A program made the translations under genes and the position numbers. A stretch of DNA of 64,000 nucleotides, taken from Chiloscyllium plagiosum. Lineage: Eukaryota. This document shows positions 1-10,790 of the stretch, in pieces (position 1 is the first letter of the stretch; each line of letters starts with the position of its first letter). The stretch is taken from NCBI RefSeq assembly GCF_004010195.1, contig NC_057756.1, forward strand, positions 8,786,921 to 8,850,920, written 5' to 3'. A model generated the notes under the pieces. The model ran no database searches. It was given only the letters and a program-made list of their open reading frames with translations, and was not told where the DNA came from.

Positions 1-239
1 CCTCCTCACCTCCACCCCTCACAGGCGCCCCCAGAGGGGTCTGGGTGCTGCCTCTCTCGGGAAAAGCCAGGTCAAAGCTGCAAATCCCCTGATGGGGATT
101 GGGGTTGGACACTGATCCGGGTGGGGACTCCCGGAAAACTGCGGGTCCAGAGCCGGGGAGTTGAGAGGAGGTGAGACCCAGGGGATTGATCCCTCCCATC
201 TCACAGTACAATGTGGGTCAGTCTGTAACAAGCTCCTCC

Positions 240-270
240 CCCCCCGGAAGTGGCGCCAGTTTTAAAGACC
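240..270 (+). promoter_or_regulatory. Putative proximal promoter of the IgV receptor gene (ETS site plus TATA-like element)
   Basis: CCGGAAGTG (ETS/GABP consensus) at 244-252 is followed by TTTTAAA at ~260-266. The stretch is GC-rich, contains CpGs and lies ~110 bp upstream of ATG378. Confidence 0.4.
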
Positions 271-377
271 AGGACAGAGAGAGAGAGAGGGAGAGAATCC
301 AGGGGGACATTGCAGTATCGGCTCTGGGCTGTATCTGAGACACGATCCGCTCTCCCTCCAACGTGGAGTTTTACCAA

Positions 378-467
378 ATGTTTCTCAGCAGCTTCTCGGT
401 CTCCTGTCAGTGTCTGACCCTGATCCTGATCGCAGTCCCGGTCCCGGTCCCGGGAAAGGAGCTGCAG
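378..467 (+). CDS. Candidate exon 1 of B7/butyrophilin-like IgV receptor (MFLSSFSVSCQCLTLILIAVPVPVPGKELQ)
   Basis: ATG at 378, hydrophobic stretch, donor CAG|gtactt at 467/468 (phase 0). This matches the phase-0 reading of the 1506 exon. Confidence 0.5.
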
Positions 468-640
468 GTACTTACTGTCAGTGTCTCCCACCCGGGGACA
501 CCGAGGGAGGGAGGGAGGGGGATCTGGGGGAAACTTTCCGAGCAGTGAATCACCTCTTTATTAAAAGGAAACGCTGACAATCTCAGACACAGACCGAAAG
601 GGCTGGGACTTCTCAGAAGTTTATAAAGTGATGTGTGAGT

Positions 641-1235
641 GAATGGTGGCTCAGTGGTGAGCACTGCTGACTCTCAGCACCAGAGACCTGGCTTTGATTC
701 CAGCCTCAGGCGATTGTCTGTGGAGTTTACACCTTCTCCCCGTGTCTGCGTGGGTTTCTCCCACAGTGCCCAGGGATGCGCAGTATAGGGTGGCTTGGCC
801 ATGCTAAATTGTCCCATAGTGTCCAGGGATGTGCAGGTTAGAATGGCTTGGGCCATGCTAAATTGCCCCATAGTTTCCAGGGATGTGCAGGTTAGAATGG
901 CTTGGGCCATGCTAAATTGTGCCATAGTGTCCAGGGATGTGCAAGTTAGGGTGGCTTGGGCCATGCTAAATTGTCCCATAGTGTCCAGGGATGTGCAGGT
1001 TAGGGTGGCTTGGGCCATGCTAAATTGTCCCCAAGTGTCCAGGGATGTGCAGATTAGGGTGGATTGGCCATGCTAAATTGTCCCATAGTGCCCAGGGATG
1101 TGCAGGTTAGGTGCATTAGTCGGAGGGAAATGTAGAATAATAGGCTAAGGGAATGGGTATGGGTGGCTTACTCTTCGGAGGGATGGTATGATTTGTTTGG
1201 CCAAATGGTCTATTTCCACACTGTAGGAATTCTTT
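641..1235 (+). mobile_element. HE1-type tRNA-derived SINE with internal tandem amplification
   Basis: A-box TGGCTCAGTGG (647-657), B-box-like GGCTTTGATTCC, HE1 body GGCCATGCTAAATTG, and CR1-like tail ...TTTCCACACTGTAGG. Confidence 0.85.
760..1110 (+). repeat. 54-bp tandem repeat (~6.5 copies) derived from the SINE body
   Basis: Unit CCCATAGTGTCCAGGGATGTGCAGGTTAGGGTGGCTTGGGCCATGCTAAATTGT recurs at ~760, 813, 867, 921, 975, 1029 and 1082. Confidence 0.95.
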
Positions 1236-1505
1236 AAAAAAAATTTGAAAAAAAGTTGGGGGGTGGTCAATTGGAATCTTGAAAAGGGGGTTAGACGCAG
1301 ACCCGACGGATCTAAAATGGGTGAAGAATATTTTCTAAAGAAACATAATCTGGCAAAATACCATCAGAATTTTTCATTAAACTCTCAGTCTCAAATTGAG
1401 GTGGATCACTCTGGAGCCCAGCCTCTGTCAGTTATCACCCGGGGGCAGGGCGGGATCAGGAAGGGAATCTGTTGGAAAGGGACCGACTGTGTTTTCTTGT
1501 TGCAG

Positions 1506-1570
1506 GGACACAGCTCCCAGAAACTACTCCCCCCCGCTGCTGCTGCTAAATGTTGTTGCTGCTGTTTCAG
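1506..1570 (+). CDS. Candidate exon 2 (signal-peptide exon) of the IgV receptor
   Basis: Acceptor gttttcttgttgcag| and donor TTTCAG|gtcagt. One frame reads PLLLLNVVAAVS(G) and ends in phase 1, matching the IgV1 exon. A C7 run lies inside the exon (see findings). Confidence 0.6.
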
Positions 1571-1714
1571 GTCAGTGCTGTGAGTGCTGGAACATTTCAG
1601 CAGGGATCAAAGGCTGGGGGTGGGGGGAATCAGGAATTCCTCTTGCTTTAAGGTGCTGTGTGGGCTGCCAGTGGACCCACTGAGGGAGTGGGACACAATA
1701 GGTTCACAATTAAA

Positions 1715-2012
1715 CACCATTAATATAACTTCTAGAAAAAAAAGCTCTGGGATTTACATATGAAAAAACTGAAACCAACATGGTCATTCTAAAAGATGAG
1801 ACACTTAACAAACAATCCAGGTCTTTTTCAATGTATAACGTCAGCTGCATCACACTGTAAACGTTTGCTACAAATTCTGTGTCTTATGATCTAATGTTCC
1901 ACAACCACCTGATGAAGGAGCAGCGCTCCAAAAGCTAGTATAACTTTTTTGACTATAACCTGGCGTTGTCTGATTTTTAACTTTGTACACCGCAGTCCAA
2001 CACCAGCACCAC
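1715..2012 (+). mobile_element. Penelope-like 3' fragment (pLTR) with degenerate hammerhead core
   Basis: CTGATGA-AGGAGCAGCGCTCC-AAAAGCTAG at 1909-1938 (GAAA mutated). The fragment interrupts one copy of a local duplication. Confidence 0.55.
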
Positions 2013-2141
2013 TTAATCATGATTAGACACCATGATTGTGTGGGAGAGAGCTGTAAGGGAGGCACTTAATGTCTTCAGATTAACCCCTGGGATGTGAACA
2101 GTGGCATCTGAACCCTGAGCAACATTCAGTGACACTGATAA

Positions 2142-2430
2142 GATTACTTACAGTGTGGAAGCAAGCCCTTCGGCCCAGCAAGTCCTCATCGACCCTCACC
2201 CAGACCCATTCCCCTACATTTACCCCTTTACCTAACGCTACTGACAATTTAGCATGGCCAATTCACTAACCTGCACATTTTTGGACTGTGGAAGGAAACT
2301 GGAGCATCCGGAGGAAACCCACTGGGAGAATGTGCAAACTCCACACAGACAGTGGCCTGAGGTGGGAAATGAACCCGGGTCTCTGGCGCTGTGAGGCAGC
2401 AGTGCTAACCACTGTGCCACCGTGCTGCCC
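2142..2430 (-). mobile_element. HE1-type SINE
   Basis: Reverse complement begins GGGCAGCACGGTGGCACAGTGGTTAGCAC and contains the body motif GGCCATGCTAAATTG. Confidence 0.9.
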
Positions 2431-3299
2431 GACGGGATGGGGGACTATAATTCATGGGTCTGGGATGGGTCCTCAGCACTGGGATCAGTTCTGGAATTGA
2501 ATAGAACTGGGAATTGTCCAAGAGTAGAGGGATTGGGGTATCAAGATTGGGATGTAGAGTGTGTTTGATCATGTAATGGTTGTTCAGACTTGCTGGTTAC
2601 AATCAAGCTCACTCACTAACAATAGAAGCTTAACTTTCTGAGCCACACTAATGAATGATCAATCGACACAGGTTTCACATTCTGAATCATAAGAGTAAGT
2701 TTAATTTGTACAGAGAATCTCAGTATTGCACAGCCCATGCTAAACATTCTTATCTGATAAATAATGAGATATTCCTCCTCCTTTTCCCCCCCCCCCCCCC
2801 CCCCCCCGCCGGCCCAAAAGTGGACCCACCTAGGGATTGGACACAGTAGGTTCACGTTCACCACATGATTATGAGAGAGAGCTGAAAGGAAGGCACTTGA
2901 TGTCTTTAGATTAACCCCTAGGATGGGAATATTGGCATCTGGACACTGAGCAACACTCTACTGGGACTGGAAACTGGGATCCAGTGGAAGTTTGGTGGGT
3001 TCCTGAGTATTGGGGTCAGGTTTCTTGCCAAAGCTGAAATCAAGTAGAACTGGGAATTGTCACTGTGTAAGGGGAGTGAGGTTATCAGGACTCATTATTG
3101 GGCTTTGGATCCTGGGATAAGGCTGGACCAAGCTGTACTGGATCGGGGGCGCAAGATCTGTCGGGTTAGTGGCGGAGGGAGTTGAGGATCCACATTGCCC
3201 GGGCCCCTTTCACACCATCAGCTGCTGCCTCATCCCTATGCTGTTCTTGCCTGTCACTGTCCCCCTCGACCTGTACGAAAGCCATTTCCACATTCTCAG

Positions 3300-3340
3300 G
3301 AACCCCTTTCACACACATCGCTCTCCTTTTTTACACTCAG
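3300..3340 (+). CDS. Candidate 41-nt frame-restoring exon (RNPFHTHRSPFLHSG)
   Basis: Acceptor cattctcag| and donor TCAG|gtcagt, phase 2 to phase 1. It joins exon 2 (as assembled) in frame to IgV1. Confidence 0.3.
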
Positions 3341-4339
3341 GTCAGTGTTCTCTGTCCCAACCCCAAGTCAGTGATTTTTCTTGAAAAATTGTATCTGGTT
3401 CGGAGGGTGTGTGCTATGAGAAAAAATTGATCAGACTGGAATTACATACCAATAAGTGAAGGCCATTTGATCGTGCCTGACCTGAATTTAACTTCAACTC
3501 TATCTTCCTGGACATCCTGAAAAACTTTCATCCTCTTGGTCATCAAGAATCTATCTGTCTCTGCCTTAAAGACTCTTAAATGTCATTCCAGATTTTAATA
3601 TTGGATGCAAATTTCATCATCCGCCATAGTTGGATTTGAACCCAAACCCCAGAATGTTAACCTGTGTTTGTGGATTGCTGATTCAATGACATTACTCCAA
3701 TGCCACCATCTCCATGTCAGACCCTTGGTCCTAGCTTTACCCACAAGAGTGCGAAGTAAGATGGTGGTGGAGTAGACCTGATGTCCACTCTGTCTCCTTT
3801 CTTTCTCCTCCCTTCTCCTGGCCTTGGACACCTGGCCCAGGCATCCGAAGCAGGGATGCCAGTGACCAGTGGGCCAGTGTAGTGCGTGGCAGTAGCCAGT
3901 GGAGACCACGTGGAGGTCCCATTCTGTTGTGGAGAGCCTTTGGACAGAGACTATTCTGTTTGTCCTTTTAACTTTGCATCTTGTTTTTCTGACCTGTGGC
4001 CACACTGTCTACAGATGTAATGTAAATTTTTTTCTTAATTTTTCTATTCTGTAAGTAAAGATTGTACCTAGTACTCTGTTCCTAAGATGCCATTGTATAT
4101 TCCTTGTATTTTCCACTCAAATCACTTTCTGACCTATCTTTGCATCATCAGCTAACTTAGGTTCCAAACTTTGGATCCTTTCATCCAAACCATTTATAGA
4201 AATTACAAAGAGTTGAGGCCCCAACACTGAATCCTGTGGCACAGTCCTCATAACATCCTGCCAACCTGTGAAATGACCCATTTATTCCTACTTTTTGCTT
4301 CCTGTTCATAAGCCAATTTTCAATCCATGTTACCCCCTG

Positions 4340-4755
4340 CAACACCAGCTTTTAGTTTCCATGGTGTTCCTTGGAGCAGTGAATGTTGAGAAGGGACTTG
4401 ATGGGGGTGGATAAGATTGAGGGACATACATCATGTGGTCAGGAAGATACTTTCTCCATGAATAGAGCAGTCAATCGGTAGAGGCTGCGCACTTAAGGTA
4501 TGAGGTAGAAGGCGAAGAGGAGAGTGAGAGAATTCATTTCACACAGAGGCTGGTGAGAGTCTGGAACCTTATGACTGAGAGTGTGATTGAGTCAGAAACT
4601 CCTCTTATATTTAAGCTGTGTTCAGATATTCAATTGTGTTGCCATAGTGTCCTGGACTATAGGCAAAGAGCTGGAACTGGAGTAGTTATCGTCAGATCAT
4701 TGTTAAGTATTGTAAACACGATGGGCCAAATGGCCTCCTGTGCTGTAAGTGTCTG
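4340..4755 (+). mobile_element. Old CR1 LINE 3' fragment
   Basis: Degenerate ORF2 C-terminal motifs (TTCACACAGAGGCTGGTGAGAGTCTGGAAC) and a CR1 3'UTR (GGGCCAAATGGCCTCCTGTGCTG). Confidence 0.7.
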
Positions 4756-4789
4756 AGTCCAGTATCCAGCTGTTTTTTTCCCAGTGTGT

Positions 4790-6622
4790 GCCCAAATGGG
4801 AAACATAGCTATGGAGAAGGAGACAGGCAAGAAGGGGTAAGATAAAGGAACCTTGGATGACGAGAGCAGAGGAGCTTCTCGTCAAAAGAAAGAAGGCAGC
4901 TTACATAAGGTGGAGGAAGCTAGGGTCTTGCTCAGCTCTAGAGGATTACAGGCAGGCGAGGAAGGAGCTCAAAAATGGTCTGAGGAGAGCCAGCAGGGGG
5001 CACGAAAAAGGCTTGGCAGGAAGGATTAGGGAGAATCCAAAGGCATTTTACACGTATGTGAGGAATAAGAGAATGATCAAAGAAAGAGTAGGGCCAATCA
5101 GGGATAGCATAGAGAACTTGTTGTATAGAGACTGAGGAAGTAGGGGAAGCCCTAAATGAGTTTTTTTTTCTTCTGTCTTTACTAAAGAAAAGGACCTTGT
5201 AGTGAATGAAACCATTGAAGAGCAGGTGTGCATGCAGGAATGCAGAGATTGAGGAAGCCGATGTGCTGAAAATTTTGACAAACATTAAAATTGACAAGTC
5301 GTCAGGGCCAGACCAGATTTGTCCTCGGCTGCTTTGGGAAGCGAGAAATGTAATTGCTTCACCGCTTGCAAGGATCTTTGCATCCTCGCTCTCCACTGGA
5401 GCCGTACCTGAGGACTGGAGAGAGGCAAATGTAATTCCTCTCTTCAAGAAAGGAAATAGGGAAATCCCTGGCAATTACAGACCAGTCAGTCTCACGTCTG
5501 TCGTCTGCAAGGTGTTAGAAAGGATTCTGAGGGATAGGATTTATGACCATCTGGAAGAGCTTGATTAAATGCAGTCAGCACAGCTTTGTGAGGGGCAGGT
5601 CATGTCTCACAAATCTTATTGGGTTCTTTGAGGATGTTACTAGACAGGTTGATGAGGGTCGAGCGGTGGATGTGGTGTATGTGGACTTCAGCAAGGCATT
5701 TGATAAGGTTCCCCATGGTAGGTTCATTCAGAAGGTCAGGAGGAATGGGATTCAGGGGAACATAGCTGTCTGGATACAGAATTGGCTGGTCGACAGAAGN
5801 NNNNNNNNNNNNNNNNNNNNNNNNNNNNNNNNNNNNNNNNNNNNNNNNNNNNNNNNNNNNNNNNNNNNNNNNNNNNNNNNNNNNNNNNNNNNNNNNNNNN
5901 NNNNNNNNNNNNNNNNNNNNNNNNNNNNNNNNNNNNNNNNNNNNNNNNNNNNNNNNNNNNNNNNNNNNNNNNNNNNNNNNNNNNNNNNNNNNNNNNNNNN
6001 NNNNNNNNNNNNNNNNNNNNNNNNNNNNNNNNNNNNNNNNNNNNNNNNNNNNNNNNNNNNNNNNNNNNNNNNNNNNNNNNNNNNNNNNNNNNNNNNNNNN
6101 NNNNNNNNNNNNNNNNNNNNNNNNNNNNNNNNNNNNNNNNNNNNNNNNNNNNNNNNNNNNNNNNNNNNNNNNNNNNNNNNNNNNNNNNNNNNNNNNNNNN
6201 NNNNNNNNNNNNNNNNNNNNNNNNNNNNNNNNNNNNNNNNNNNNNNNNNNNNNNNNNNNNNNNNNNNNNNNNNNNNNNNNNNNNNNNNNNNNNNNNNNNN
6301 NNNNNNNNNNNNNNNNNNNNNNNNNNNNNNNNNNNNNNNNNNNNNNNAGGGGTCATAGTTTTAAGCTGTTTGGCGGGAAGTATAGAGGGGATGTCAGAGG
6401 CGGGTTCTTTACGCAGAGAGTTGTGGGAGCATGGAATGCGTTGCCAGCAGCAGTTGTGGAAGCGAGGTGATTGGGGATATTTAAGAGACTGCTGGACATG
6501 CATATGGTCACAGAAATTTGAGGGTTCGTACACTAGGTTTACCTTACATGAGGATCAATGGTCGGCAGAACAACATGGACTGAAGGGCCTGTTCTGTGCT
6601 GTACTGTTCTATGTTCTATGTA
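4790..6622 (+). mobile_element. CR1/HER1 LINE, 5'-truncated, frameshifted ORF2 (RT), spans an N-gap
   Basis: Motifs ENPKAFYTYV, KSSGPDQICPRLL, VPEDWREANV.PLFKKG, NYRPVSLTSV, SCLTNL and DFSKAFDKVPH. Ends in (TTCTATG)n. Confidence 0.95.
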
Positions 6623-6850
6623 ACGCAGTACTGTTCAGCTGCTTAGTGCTGACAAATATCCAGCACAAGTTCCTTTTAGTTGAAGACCCTCAGTATCTGA
6701 GCTTCAACCTTCCCATAGAAATGAAAGCAGTGAGTTACTAATCAGAGCTTCTTGTAAATCCAGCATTGCAGTGTAACCATGTGAAGCTTGGGATGTAATG
6801 TACCAGCAGGGAGGTTCTATCTGTGGATAAATACTTTCAATGTTTTCCAG

Positions 6851-7195
6851 GTGACTCACCTGTCCCAGTTTCTGGGTTCCTTGGGGAGCAGGTTGTGCTG
6901 CCCTGTACCTACAAAGGGAATGTCCCAGTATCTGATTTACTGGTTATCTGGGGAACACCCAAATATGAATTTTTACACAAGTTTGTGAATGGGAGTGATG
7001 ATTTGAGAGAACAAGACCCACGGTTCAGAAACAGAACAAACCTGTTCAAAGATCAACTGGAACAAGGCAACTGGTCAGTTCTGATCTCTGACCTCAGGGA
7101 GACAGACCAGGATGAGTATCAATGTCAGATTTACAGCAAGATGGGAGATCGCTTTCGATGGCTGGAAGTTGTTTCAGTCCATCTCTCTGTCACAG
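6851..7195 (+). CDS. IgV exon 1 of B7/butyrophilin-like receptor
   Basis: 345 nt, phase 1-1, ttttccag| ... ACAG|gtgagt. Contains the V-set motifs VLPC, W and DQDEYQC, plus the B7/BTN-type signature QDPRFRNRTNLF..QL..GNWS..I. Confidence 0.93.
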
Positions 7196-7335
7196 GTGAG
7201 TGTTTTTGTTTGGTTATTTTGCTCTGCGTTTGATTTCCTGAGATAATAGTATAGTGGTCATGTTGGGAAACTAGACTTTGAACATTTCTGCAGTTTGTTT
7301 CACACACCGTACTAAACACATGATGTTTCCTTTAG

Positions 7336-7374
7336 AGCGAGCTCCTACACCTGGACCGAACACACCTGTACCAG
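7336..7374 (+). CDS. 39-nt Pro/Thr-rich linker exon (ERAPTPGPNTPVP)
   Basis: tttcctttag| ... CCAG|gtaaat, phase 1-1, open in the frame of both V exons. Confidence 0.8.
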
Positions 7375-8051
7375 GTAAATCTGTTTCTAAACTACTGCAT
7401 GTGTTTTCAGCTCTTACATTGGATCATGCTGGATAGACAGGGAGGAACGTTGGAAGGTTTGAAATGCTGTGTGATATTTTACCAAAGAATGATTCAGTGA
7501 GAGTTAGTGGTATGAGCCACTGTTCCCTGGAAGTGGTCCTTAATCTTCCTGGGATTGTTATTTCTGTTTCCGAGACACCCCTTCCTGTCCCTCAGATACA
7601 GAATACTAGGGATTCCTACTTCCTACTATCATTAGTCTTTCTGGAATTCTGTGTGGAGACTCTCGGTACAATGTGAATGGAACCCTCCTCTTGGGAAACT
7701 GATGGGATTGGGAATGATGCTGGTTGAAGTCAGTGAAGCCATATTGACTGGTCTTCCACCCAGTCCCTGGGAGAAAGGGAATTTTCTCATCTTGTTGAGA
7801 TTTACTTGCTTCCATGCGTCTCTGTGCAGTTTTCAGTTTAAAGGAAGATTAGAGTCTACACACTGTGGAGGGAATCTTTGTTAGAAATAATGTGATCTTG
7901 AGCCTTAATCTTCCCATAGAAATGAAAGCAGTGAGTTACTGATCAGAGCTTCTTCTAAATCCAGCATCGTAGTGTAACCATGTGAAGCTTGGGATGTAAT
8001 GTGCCAGCAGGCAGGTTCTCTCTGTGGATAAATCCTTTCAATCTTTTCCAG

Positions 8052-8396
8052 GTGACTCACCTGTCCCAGTTTCTGGGTTCCTTGGGGAGCAGGTTGTGCT
8101 GCCCTGTACCTACGAAGGGAATGTCCCAGTCTCTGATTTATGGGTAATCTGGAGGACACTCAAGATGGAAATTGTACACGGGTTTGTCGAGGGGATCGAT
8201 GATTTGAGAGAACAAGACCCACATTTCAGAAACAGAACAAACCTGTTCAAAGATCAACTGGAACAAGGCAACTGGTCAGTTCTGATCTCCGACCTCAGGG
8301 AGACTGACCAGGATGAATACCAGTGTCAGATTTACAGCAAGATGGAGGAGCACTTTCATCGTGATGGAGTTGTTTCAGTCCATCTCTCTGTGAGAG
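8052..8396 (+). CDS. IgV exon 2 (tandem duplicate of IgV exon 1)
   Basis: 345 nt, phase 1-1, cttttccag| ... AGAG|gtgaga. 96/115 residues are identical to V1. Confidence 0.93.
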
Positions 8397-9065
8397 GTGA
8401 GATATTTCTGTTTCAGGTATTCTGTTAAGTCTCTGATTTTACAGAGACAATAATCCAGTGGTGAGTTATGTTGACATGTGACTCCAGTCCCACATTAACC
8501 TGGGGAAGGTTTAATTGCCCTCTTTAATTGTCTGAGCACATCAATCAGTTTGTACCAAACCCCGAGACAGGAAAATCCACAATAAAACTGAATGGGTCAC
8601 TGGCTGTGAGCCAGGCATCGAATCAGGACACAGCAATGACACAGCCAGCCCAGCTGCCCCTGTAAAGTCCCCGTCACTAACATCTGGGGACTGGGGTCCA
8701 ACTTGGGAGACTGTGGGACATAGTCACACTGACAGAAATAACACAACATCCCAGACTCCCCTATCACCATCCCTGGGTATGTCCTGTCCCACTGGAAGGA
8801 CAGGCCCACCAGAGGCGAGGGCACAGAGAGATACAGTCTGGAGGGGGTGACCCTCGATGAAGGCAGTGTGGTATAATATTGACCCAGTTGTAAAGCACAT
8901 TGAAATTCATCTCAAGCACTTTCCTCTCAATGCTGTAGGCTTCTCCACAGGAAAATAACTGTAAAATAAAACAATTTCATCAGTGGTTTAATTGAAGGGT
9001 AACTGATGCTGGTCAGTGTACAGTTCTCAATATTGGAAAGCATGTATCAATCCCATCGTGGGGCA

Positions 9066-9092
9066 GTGTGTGTGTGTGCGCGTGCGTGCGTG
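9066..9092 (+). repeat. (GT)n/(GCGT)n microsatellite
   Basis: Direct inspection. The homologous position in the inverted paralog carries (CA)n at ~26622-26651. Confidence 0.9.
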
Positions 9093-9277
9093 CAAAGCGC
9101 TGTGAGGTGGTCCAGTGTGTGATTATTGGGATCTAACCTCCCATATCCCTCCAGGACTAGAATTACCCAGGGATCTGTTTGTCCTGGGGCTGGTTCTGAA
9201 ACACTAGGTGCTGAAGGTCTTTGCTGTTAGTTTTGTTTGTGTGTCCCAGTCTGTTAATGGCTTCATTCTGTTTCTAG

Positions 9278-9392
9278 GTCTTGGACTCGCCACTGGAGCA
9301 AGAGTTAGATTGGGAATCGGGATTGTTGCTGGGATTGTTGGTGTTCTTGTTGCTGGAATTGTGTTTTATATCATCCAAAAGCAACAAACCAG
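9278..9392 (+). CDS. Transmembrane exon (GLGLATGARVRLGIGIVAGIVGVLVAGIVFYIIQKQQT)
   Basis: tgtttctag| ... CCAG|gtgagt, phase 1 to 2. Encodes a ~22-aa uncharged hydrophobic helix with a GxxxG motif, followed by polar/basic residues. Confidence 0.88.
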
Positions 9393-9639
9393 GTGAGTTG
9401 TGGAATGTTCACTATTCCCATGGTAACCCTTTGATCTTTGTATAACATTGTGTGAAATGTTGCTGAGCTCTGTCCCTGTCCATTCCCTGAGCTGTGAGGA
9501 TGCTTCAATCCAGCCTGTCATTGAGCAGCAGCATCCAGTCACTTCCAGCTTGTCATCCTCTCGCTGCTGAACAGTCCCGTGGATTGGAAAGGAGCAAATA
9601 TTATCCAACTGGAGAGCCAGAGGATGGGGCATATATTGG

Positions 9640-9960
9640 GAATTTCAGGAGGTATTTGGGAAGGTGCCACACAATAGGTTGTTGTACAAGATGAGGGCCC
9701 AGGGGATTGGGGGGTAATATAGCATGGATTGTGGATTGGTTAATGGACAGGAACAGAGCAGGAACAAATGGGTCATTGTCAGTTGTCAGGATGTAACTGG
9801 TGCTGCGAGGATCAGTGCTGGGACCTCAGTGACTCACCATCTATATCAGTGACTGAGATGGGGGGATAGAGTGGGATTGTCCCAGTTTGCTGCTGATACA
9901 AAGCTCAGTGGGAAAGTAAGCTGTGAGGAGGATACAGAGGCTGCAAACAGGGATAAACTG
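9640..9960 (+). mobile_element. Old CR1 RT fragment inside the TM-cytoplasmic intron
   Basis: Degenerate equivalents of KVPH.RL, GSVLGP and FADDTKL. Confidence 0.7.
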
Positions 9961-10790
9961 GTTCACGTTTATACTCCATGAGGGTGTGGATGCTCCATTG
10001 TTTAATCTGTTTCAGACTGAGATGGATAGATTTGAACATTCCCATCCTTTTTCCAATCCCTCCATTGCCTCAGCCCTCCCTATCTGTAACCACCTTCAGC
10101 TGTACAGTCCCTGTTCTCTTAGATCTCTGTGCTCCTGTCTCCCTGATATTTCCATTACTGCCCCATTCGTGGCTGTGCCTTCAGCTGCCTGACTTTGGAG
10201 CTCTGTAATTCCTCACCTAAACATCTTTTGTCTGAGTTTCTCTCCCTCCGTCTCCCTCTGTCTCTCCAATGCTTCTTTCTTTCTTGTCTTTTCCTGTACT
10301 GCACAATGTGCAAGGTGTTATGGAAATGCAAGTTGTTGTTCACTCTCTTGCACTTTTTGAACCACACAGCCCATCCCTTCTCCAGGGTATTGGAGGGTTC
10401 AGTCACTGGGAAGAACATCTTGGATTTCCTTGTTTCCCTCAATATCCGTATCTCTGTGCTCCCCGCCTTTCCCCATGTACAGCCCTCACAGTGGGAGGAG
10501 GAACTACTGCAGGTTTCTCTCACTCTCTCCTCTGGCCCTCCCTCTGTCAGTCAGCATAGCTCCTGTGGAGTGCCCAGCTTTTGCCCATTGCCTCCTCTTT
10601 TAGCCTCCTCTCCTCTACCATCTGTGCTCCATCACCGTGCAGCTCCTGTCGCCCATTTTCCAGCTGCCATTGGTCCCCAGGATGTTGAGGGTCATTTAAT
10701 GGGTCTGTGCTCCTGAACAGCTCCTTTTACACACGTGTCCAAAGTGTTGGACTCTTCTAATGTGTACTCTGCTGGTTTCTCTCTCCATAG

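Noticed and set aside
641-720. tRNA genes at SINE heads
   Set aside because: The A/B boxes continue into SINE bodies and no full cloverleaf is evident.
5736-6741. Long ORFs containing X runs (also at 20532-21111, 43090-43803, 45942-47036 and 57301-57724)
   Set aside because: They are open only because they cross assembly N-gaps.
6851-8396. Rearranging Ig/TCR/IgNAR V segments
   Set aside because: Each exon already includes the G strand and ends at a splice donor. CACAG at 7191-7195 is followed by GTGAG, not by an RSS heptamer-spacer-nonamer. The signature is B7/BTN-like.
8445-8460. Micro-exon after V2 (acag|...|gtgagt)
   Set aside because: 16 nt would shift the frame, the upstream intron would be only 48 nt, and the region is homologous to plain intron after V1.
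10195-10716. 173-aa ORF as an independent gene
   Set aside because: Low-complexity intronic sequence. The homologous region in the paralog is split by a LINE and the frame is not conserved.
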